A stretch of 64,000 bases of DNA, from NCBI GenBank assembly GCA_964611145.1, contig CAZSYM010000008.1, forward strand, positions 8,132-72,131, read 5' to 3'. A program made the position numbers and the translations under genes. Source of the DNA: an uncultured Melioribacteraceae bacterium (GTDB lineage Bacteria > Bacteroidota > Ignavibacteria > Ignavibacteriales > Melioribacteraceae). Below the pieces are notes generated by a model. It was not told where the DNA came from, searched no databases, and was given only the letters and a program-made list of their open reading frames with translations. This document shows, piece by piece, positions 58,339 through 64,000 of the stretch. The first letter of the stretch is position 1, and each line of letters opens with the position of its first letter.

Positions 58339-60564
58339 GTGATTAAGAAAATTCTTGTATTCCTCTATATAATTTTTTTGCCGTTTGAACTCTCCGCTCA
58401 GAACACGGGAAAGCTAAGGGGGTTTTTGACCGATAAGGAAACCGGCGAGGCGTTGGCTTTCGGTAACGTTTTTATTAAGGAATTGGGACTCGGAGCTTCT
58501 ACGAATGCACAAGGATTGTATTTTATAACCGGCGTTCCGGGAGGAAAAACTTATACGGTTACTTATTCTTATGTGGGATATAAAACCGAGGAAGTGAAGG
58601 TTTTTATTGCCGCAAATAGAATAACTCAAGTTGATGTCGCTTTAACGCAATCGAGCGTGCAATTGGGGACGATTGAAAAAATCGGGCGTAAGACGGTTGA
58701 AAAGAACGCGGCGGATATCGGCTTGCAAAGAATTACAGTGAAGCAATTGGAAACTATGCCCCAAAGCGTGGAAGCGGATATTTTCCGCACTATTCAAACC
58801 ATGCCGGGTGTGCGTTATACGGGTGATATATCCGCACGGTATTACGTTCGTGGAGGTGCAAGTAATCAGAACCTCGTGCTTTTGAACGGTTCGCCTATTT
58901 ATAATCCTTTCCATGCCTTCGGTATGTTTAGTGTGATTGACCCCGAGATAATGAACAGCGCGGAATTTTATAAAGGAGGTTTCCCCGCCGAGTACGGCGG
59001 GCGACTTTCTTCCATTTTGAAAATAAGTACAAAGGACGGAAACAAAAATCGCTTTTCCGCAAAAGGGGTGGCGAGTTTCTTAACCGCAAAGGCTCTTTTG
59101 GAGGGTCCCATACCCCACGGCTCTTTTATCGTTTCGGGACGACGCACTTATTCCACGCGCGTTTTGAAAAAATTTCTGAACGGTAATCAACCGCCGTTTG
59201 AGTTTTATGATTTTTCCGCAAAACTTACTTATGCAAATCCCCATTTTATCCCCGGCTCCAAGTTTACAATACAAGGTTTTTCCAGCAAGGATAGACTCTT
59301 GAACGAAAATCTTTTGAGAGAAGATTTCAGTTGGACTAATAATATTTTTTCCTTCAATTGGTTCCAGATTTATACGGGACCCCTTTATTCGGATTTCACA
59401 ATTTCGTTTAGCCAGTTTTTGGGAGAGTTGATACCGAATTTTAGTCGTGCACGTCCCAAGAAGAATAAATTGGACGATGTCTTTCTCCATATGAATTTTA
59501 CTTATCTCTTCGATAACAAGAACGAAATTGAGTTCGGAATGGAGTTCCAGAGTCTTCACACGATTTTAAAGCAGGAAAATCAATTCGGTATTCATACAAA
59601 CATCGACAATTCGGGGGCTTATATCGGATTTTTCACGAAATATAAATTGTTGCAGTTCGAAACTTTCGGCGCCGATGTGGGGCTGCGCGCAAATCTGAAA
59701 GGGCTTACGAAGGCGGGGGATTTCTTTGTGGAACCCCGTGTGAATTTGACATACAATGTTTTCAATTGGTTAAAACTTAAAGCTTCGTGGGGAGTTTATC
59801 AGCAGGAAATTACCACGGTTTCCGAAGAGGCGGAGGTCATAACGCTTTTTGAGCCTTACATTATTATTCCCGATTATTTGCCGGTTTCCAGAGCGGTGCA
59901 TTACATCGCTGGTTTGGAAATTCAGCCTCTTTTGAATTTGAAATTCAAAACGGAGGCTTATTATAAAAAATTGATTAATATTACCGCCGTTAACGATAAT
60001 AAAAAATTTCTTGAGGATAAAGATTTACTTTCCGCTCAAGGGGAAGCTTACGGTGCGGAATTTGAGTTGAATTATTCTAAATCGCCTTTTCTGTTTTCCG
60101 CTTCCTATTCGCTTGCATGGGCATATAAGGTTATTAACGGTTGGCGCTACGTTCCTCGCTTCGATGCACGGCATTCCATTAATTTGAGCTTGGGAGTGGA
60201 TTTGGGTAAAGGCTGGAAAGCAAGTGCAATGTGGATTTTCGGTTCGGGACTGCCATATACGCAAATAATCGGTTATTACGATAAACTTGCACTTGGGGAT
60301 TTTCACAACGAATGGTATATATACGATTCTTATTTACCCTATGCGATTTTGGGAGATAGAAATCTCGGACGACTTCCCGATTATCACCGTTTGGATTTTA
60401 GTATGTCGAAAAAGTTCGATTTTAATTTTGTTAAAATAGATTTGGATTTTAGTATTCTGAATGTTTACAACAGGAAAAATATCTTTTATTTTCAAAGGGA
60501 TACGGGGGAAATCGTAAATATGTTGCCATTTCTACCAACGGCTACAATCAAGGTGACCTTATGA
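58339..60564 (+). CDS. TonB-dependent receptor with N-terminal CarboxypepD_reg-like domain (copy 2, paralog of 54324-56564)
   Basis: GTG start. 'GKLRGFLTDKETGEALAFGNVFIKELGLGASTNAQGLY'. Plug 'ISARYYVRGGASNQNLVLLNGSPIYNPFHAFG'. Collinear with copy 1 to the C-terminus 'NMLPFLPTATIKVTL'. Confidence 0.88.
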   Translation: MIKKILVFLYIIFLPFELSAQNTGKLRGFLTDKETGEALAFGNVFIKELGLGASTNAQGLYFITGVPGGKTYTVTYSYVGYKTEEVKVFIAANRITQVDVALTQSSVQLGTIEKIGRKTVEKNAADIGLQRITVKQLETMPQSVEADIFRTIQTMPGVRYTGDISARYYVRGGASNQNLVLLNGSPIYNPFHAFGMFSVIDPEIMNSAEFYKGGFPAEYGGRLSSILKISTKDGNKNRFSAKGVASFLTAKALLEGPIPHGSFIVSGRRTYSTRVLKKFLNGNQPPFEFYDFSAKLTYANPHFIPGSKFTIQGFSSKDRLLNENLLREDFSWTNNIFSFNWFQIYTGPLYSDFTISFSQFLGELIPNFSRARPKKNKLDDVFLHMNFTYLFDNKNEIEFGMEFQSLHTILKQENQFGIHTNIDNSGAYIGFFTKYKLLQFETFGADVGLRANLKGLTKAGDFFVEPRVNLTYNVFNWLKLKASWGVYQQEITTVSEEAEVITLFEPYIIIPDYLPVSRAVHYIAGLEIQPLLNLKFKTEAYYKKLINITAVNDNKKFLEDKDLLSAQGEAYGAEFELNYSKSPFLFSASYSLAWAYKVINGWRYVPRFDARHSINLSLGVDLGKGWKASAMWIFGSGLPYTQIIGYYDKLALGDFHNEWYIYDSYLPYAILGDRNLGRLPDYHRLDFSMSKKFDFNFVKIDLDFSILNVYNRKNIFYFQRDTGEIVNMLPFLPTATIKVTL

Positions 60565-61535
60565 AAAAAGTTTTTCTCCCGTCGATTTTGGTTTTGCTGG
60601 CGTTCTGGCTTGCGGCGTGCAACGAAGAACCCTTTAGTCCTAAGGGGGAATATCAGGAACGTTATGCGCTTTTCGGTATAATGCGCGCGGATACGAATTT
60701 GCAAGTTGTAACCGTTACGAAAAGTTATGATGTGGAAGGGCTTAATCCTTTCGCAAACAAGAAAGACCCCTTTGTTAAAAATTGTTTTATACGTATTTGG
60801 CGCGGAAAGGACGAGGTGCATATTTTGAGAGATTCCGTGACCGTGCGTACAATTGACAAACGCTACCCCGATTCGGCAAGGTTTTATTACACCGATAACT
60901 TGATTCCGAAAAAGGATGACGTCCTCGAAATAGAATGCCTTTTGCCTAACGGTCGGCGATTAAAGGCGAAGACGAAGGTTTTGAACCCGTGGGAGTTGGA
61001 CGTTTCGCATACGGATAACATTTTTCCCAGCAAAGATAAACCGTATGTTATGCTTAGATGGCGCAGTTCCGTGCCCGATTTGGTTTACTCCCCTCGTGTA
61101 ATGCTTTATTATGATAAGAAAATCAACGGGGTTTTTCATTTGGAAAAAGTGGATGTCCCGCTTACTTACACCGTTGATAACGGAAAGCGCGTGCCCGTCT
61201 ATGCTCGCCCTTCGAACAATCTTTATTTGAAAATAGACACGTTGGCTATAGGAAATGTTCTGAGGGAGATTTCGAAGGACGACCCCGTAAAATCGAATTA
61301 TCGAATACGCGCCATAATAATTCACTTTTATATTTACGACCGCAATCTTTCCGCTTTTTATTCTTCTTCCCGAAAAATCGGCGATGAGTTTTCGGTTCGT
61401 GTTGACGAATTGGATTTTACTAATATCGAAGGTGGGTTTGGGGTTTTCGGTTCTTATACGGTTCAGAAATATGCGATTTTTATCGATACGGAATATCTGT
61501 TGAAAATGGGTTATAGTTATTTGACGAGACCGTAA
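60561..61535 (+). CDS. DUF4249-like lipoprotein (copy 2)
   Basis: Lipobox 'WLAAC'. 'YDRNLSAFYSS' and 'TNIEGGFGVFGSY' match copy 1. ATGA overlap with the receptor stop. Confidence 0.65.
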   Translation: MKKVFLPSILVLLAFWLAACNEEPFSPKGEYQERYALFGIMRADTNLQVVTVTKSYDVEGLNPFANKKDPFVKNCFIRIWRGKDEVHILRDSVTVRTIDKRYPDSARFYYTDNLIPKKDDVLEIECLLPNGRRLKAKTKVLNPWELDVSHTDNIFPSKDKPYVMLRWRSSVPDLVYSPRVMLYYDKKINGVFHLEKVDVPLTYTVDNGKRVPVYARPSNNLYLKIDTLAIGNVLREISKDDPVKSNYRIRAIIIHFYIYDRNLSAFYSSSRKIGDEFSVRVDELDFTNIEGGFGVFGSYTVQKYAIFIDTEYLLKMGYSYLTRP

Positions 61536-61536
61536 G

Positions 61537-63033
61537 ATGAGGAGAAAAGATTTTTTCAAAATAGCGCTTCTTTTGATTCTTGCTCTGTCGTTGCAAAGAT
61601 GCGACAAACCTTTAAGCGTGAGCCCGCCGATGACTCCCGTGCCAGTGGGGTATATTTACATTTCCTCGAATCCCGAAGGCGCTTTGATTTATGAGGACGG
61701 GAGGAATTCCGGCATGGTAACACCCGCCAGCTTGCCTTGGCTGGAGGAAAGGACATATATTTTTACTCTTAAGAAAAAGCTTTATAGAGACACTTCTTTT
61801 TCCGTAACCGTCGAGAATGGCGATTCTCATTATGTGTTTATCGATTATTTTAAGAACCCTCTTATGCGAGGCACGATTTATTGCAATACAAATGCTGATT
61901 CTTCTTTAATTTATTTTAACGATTCTTTGCTGTCGCATAAGACCCCATATAAGATAAAGGGAATTGTGCCCGGTTATTACGAAATTAAATATGAACGCGA
62001 AGGGTTTCGTAGCGATAGCATAACAGTTGCCGTTGAGAGCGGAAAAACCGCGGATGCTTCTTTGATGTTGAGAGATACTACCGTCTGGGTCGATTATACG
62101 GTTGCCACTTCCGGCTTACCGGATAATGCTATTACGGATGTTGCCGTGGATTCCGATAATGTGAAATGGATCGGCACGAATTCCTCTGGACTGGTTGCTT
62201 TCGACGGGAAGAATTGGACGGTTTACAATAGCTCTAATTCCGCTTTGCCCAATGATAATATCACAACCATTCTTGTTGATAAACAAAATCGAGTGTGGGT
62301 CGGAACTTTGAACGGACTGGCGCTTATCGAAAACGGTTCATGGCAAGTTTTTAATTCGGAAAGCGGCGCTCCTTTCAGGTCCGATTATGTTACCGTTCTG
62401 GATGCGGAGGATGACGGTACGCTCTGGGTTGGCACCGATTACGGATTGCTTCGAAAAAGGGGATCCGCGTGGCGTTATTATCAACCTGGCAAGGACGGTT
62501 TGCCACATCGTTGGGTTTCCGGCTTGGCTCATGACAATTTCGGCAATATTTGGGTCGGCTCGAAAGGTTTGGGTTTGGCGGTGTTGCATCCCGACGGCAC
62601 GTGGACAAAATACATAAACAAGTTTGATGTCAAAGGATTTCTCTATGCAGATATACCCAGTGCGACCGTCTCGGCGATAGCGGCCGAGGGAAATGTGGTT
62701 TGGATAGGTTTTTATCCCGACCCGAATACGAAGGAGGGAGGTTTGGTGAAATTCCATAACAATTCTTGGTATTCGAGCTATTCGCCTCTGCCCTCGAATG
62801 TGATAGCTTCTATTGATTTACATGTTGAGAAAGACGGAAGAACAAGGAAATGGGTCTCCACTAATCAAGGCGTTGTTACGTTTGTAACATGGGGTAATAG
62901 AAGGGAATATCGCTTGGCAAATACTCCGTTGTCTAATGAGAACATCAAAGGGATTGCTTACGATAAGAATACCGGTATAATTTGGGTCGCCACGTATGGC
63001 GGGGGATTGTACAAGTTTAAAAGCAATTATTGA
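61537..63033 (+). CDS. Secreted protein with two PEGA domains and a Reg_prop (two-component-regulator-type) beta-propeller
   Basis: Signal peptide. 'YISSNPEGALIY' PEGA motif and a second PEGA-like unit. Then repeated 'W(I/V)GT..GL' blades ('VKWIGTNSSGLVAF', 'RVWVGTLNGLALI', 'TLWVGTDYGLL', 'NIWVGSKGLGLAV', 'VVWIGF', 'IIWVATYGGGLYKF'). Starts 1 nt after the DUF4249 copy 2 stop. Confidence 0.75.
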   Translation: MRRKDFFKIALLLILALSLQRCDKPLSVSPPMTPVPVGYIYISSNPEGALIYEDGRNSGMVTPASLPWLEERTYIFTLKKKLYRDTSFSVTVENGDSHYVFIDYFKNPLMRGTIYCNTNADSSLIYFNDSLLSHKTPYKIKGIVPGYYEIKYEREGFRSDSITVAVESGKTADASLMLRDTTVWVDYTVATSGLPDNAITDVAVDSDNVKWIGTNSSGLVAFDGKNWTVYNSSNSALPNDNITTILVDKQNRVWVGTLNGLALIENGSWQVFNSESGAPFRSDYVTVLDAEDDGTLWVGTDYGLLRKRGSAWRYYQPGKDGLPHRWVSGLAHDNFGNIWVGSKGLGLAVLHPDGTWTKYINKFDVKGFLYADIPSATVSAIAAEGNVVWIGFYPDPNTKEGGLVKFHNNSWYSSYSPLPSNVIASIDLHVEKDGRTRKWVSTNQGVVTFVTWGNRREYRLANTPLSNENIKGIAYDKNTGIIWVATYGGGLYKFKSNY

Positions 63034-63860
63034 TTTCTTGCAATAAATTTCTCAAGCTCTCTCTTTAATTTGCTTTTAAGAGGACGCGCCTGTTCGAAAA
63101 TATCTCTAATCTTTTTGAACTCATGAACGCGAACATTGTTGATATTTGTATCGATGTAAATGTCAGGCGTGTGCCTTTTCAATTTTTCCAAGATAATGGA
63201 GCGTTGCATTAGTGAAAAAGAGGCAAAAAGCAATTCGTAAACAGGAGGAATTTCCTTAAATTGCTTGGCTTTGTTGACCGTAACATCCACTGCGACGGTA
63301 ATATCGCATTCGTCGGAAATGACATCGTAGGGCAGGGGATTGCTCATTCCAGCATCCATTAGCATTTTCCCCTTGTATTCCACGGGGGCAAAAAGTCCCG
63401 GAATGGCGTAACTTGCACGAATGGCGGTTAATAAATCTCCCTTTTCCAATATTTCCGCTTTGTTGTCAATAAAATCCGTAGCGATTATTTTCAACGGTAT
63501 TTTTAGCTCCTCGAAGGTTTTTACGCCGAGTCTTTCCCCCATAAAATTTACGAATTTTTCTCCTTTAATAAACCCGCCTGTGGAAAGTTGAGGGTCAATA
63601 AAATTCATTGCCTTGAGTATTTCCGAGCGTTTGCGCAATTCCCAGAATTTGGCATCCTTGGTAAAAATTATCTCTTCTACGTTTTCTCTTATTTCCGAAG
63701 CGCTGACTCCGGCGGCGTAAGCCGCTCCGATTATTGCGCCGATACTCGAACCCGCGATGACGTTCGGTTTAATCCCGAGTTCGTCGAAGACTTCCAGGAA
63801 ACAAATATGTGCCAAGCCTCTTGCGCCACCGGCTCCCAGCGCCAAACCTATTTTAAGCAT
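63027..63860 (-). CDS. Patatin-like phospholipase (RssA/NTE-like)
   Basis: Oxyanion 'GAGGARG', nucleophile 'GSSIG' (GxSxG), catalytic Asp 'MDAGM'. 277 aa. Confidence 0.9.
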   Translation of the reverse strand: MLKIGLALGAGGARGLAHICFLEVFDELGIKPNVIAGSSIGAIIGAAYAAGVSASEIRENVEEIIFTKDAKFWELRKRSEILKAMNFIDPQLSTGGFIKGEKFVNFMGERLGVKTFEELKIPLKIIATDFIDNKAEILEKGDLLTAIRASYAIPGLFAPVEYKGKMLMDAGMSNPLPYDVISDECDITVAVDVTVNKAKQFKEIPPVYELLFASFSLMQRSIILEKLKRHTPDIYIDTNINNVRVHEFKKIRDIFEQARPLKSKLKRELEKFIARNQ

Positions 63861-64000
63861 TGTCCTGTTTTTCCGTTTTTTCGTTTTCTTTTTTCTTTTC
63901 CGATTTGTATTTCATATTTAAACGTAGCACGTAGAAAAGAAAAATAAAGGCGATGATGATTAACAGTGCAAAGGGGATGGAGCTTAGAATTACCATTAAC
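63853..64000 (-). CDS. Partial or small ORF ending in one TM helix and a Lys/Glu-rich tail (runs off the window)
   Basis: My own translation of the minus strand gives '..MVILSSIPFALLIIIAFIFLFYVLRLNMKYKSEKKKENEKTEKQDNA*'. The TAA (63853-63855) overlaps the patatin ATG (AATGCTTAA). Too short in-window to appear in the ORF track. Confidence 0.3.
   Translation of the reverse strand, partial: LMVILSSIPFALLIIIAFIFLFYVLRLNMKYKSEKKKENEKTEKQDNA

Noticed and set aside
60960-61607. 215-aa antisense ORF in DUF4249 copy 2, with similar cases at 20115-20669 (queA), 36889-37419 (pullulanase), 11988-12521 (smc), 39561-40109 (dnaG start) and 31613-32110 (AI-2E)
   Set aside because: All overlap well-supported genes on the other strand or in another frame. 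All have implausible composition. Most are in the codon-aligned antisense frame.
63027-63860. Patatin-like lipase as a CBASS CapV-type defence effector
   Set aside because: No CD-NTase, E1/E2/JAB or other CBASS partner is adjacent. Its neighbours are a propeller protein and a small membrane ORF. It looks like a housekeeping RssA/NTE-type lipase.

Overview
This 64-kb window is gene-dense: about 55 CDS, short intergenic regions, and many overlapping start/stop codons. It is AT-leaning by eye. It reads as core chromosome of a diderm FCB-group bacterium. An Ignavibacteria/Kryptonia-like origin is only a guess. That guess rests on a T9SS C-terminal sorting domain, a PorQ/PorV-like barrel, CarboxypepD_reg-type TonB receptors and lipid A genes.

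I see no rRNA, tRNA, CRISPR array, transposase, integrase or phage genes. Housekeeping genes I recognise:
- Transport: livG (5'-partial) and livF.
- Chromosome, transcription and replication: smc, rpoN, dnaG.
- Lipid A: lpxB, a DUF374 acyltransferase gene and lpxK.
- Metabolism: ppdK, queA, ispD, plsY, gpsA, dapF.
- Other: a csp gene, two GH13 enzymes, a VanX/DdpX dipeptidase, a LOG protein, an AI-2E permease, an M14 carboxypeptidase, an NMO/FabK-like oxidoreductase and a patatin-like lipase.

Less ordinary content, strongest first:
1. 54.3-63.0 kb holds a tandemly duplicated, translationally coupled outer-membrane module (CarboxypepD_reg TonB-dependent receptor plus DUF4249-like lipoprotein, twice). 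A stand-alone PEGA plus Reg_prop beta-propeller protein follows, and a PorQ-like T9SS barrel lies next to it. This is the best candidate for an uncharacterised system.
2. An ICMT/Ste14-family methyltransferase heads the lpxB-DUF374-lpxK-ppdK string. This may indicate lipid A phosphate methylation.
3. A eukaryote-AASS-like lysine-ketoglutarate reductase and saccharopine dehydrogenase are encoded as two adjacent genes.
4. A GH2-like ectodomain is fused to a polytopic membrane domain and has an apparently missing acid/base Glu.
5. A 566-aa orphan protein has only a Rossmann N-terminus that I can recognise.
6. A GC-rich structured intergenic element (43.06-43.15 kb) lies upstream of an orphan 124-aa gene.

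All functional calls come from reading the translated ORFs by eye. No database search was run.
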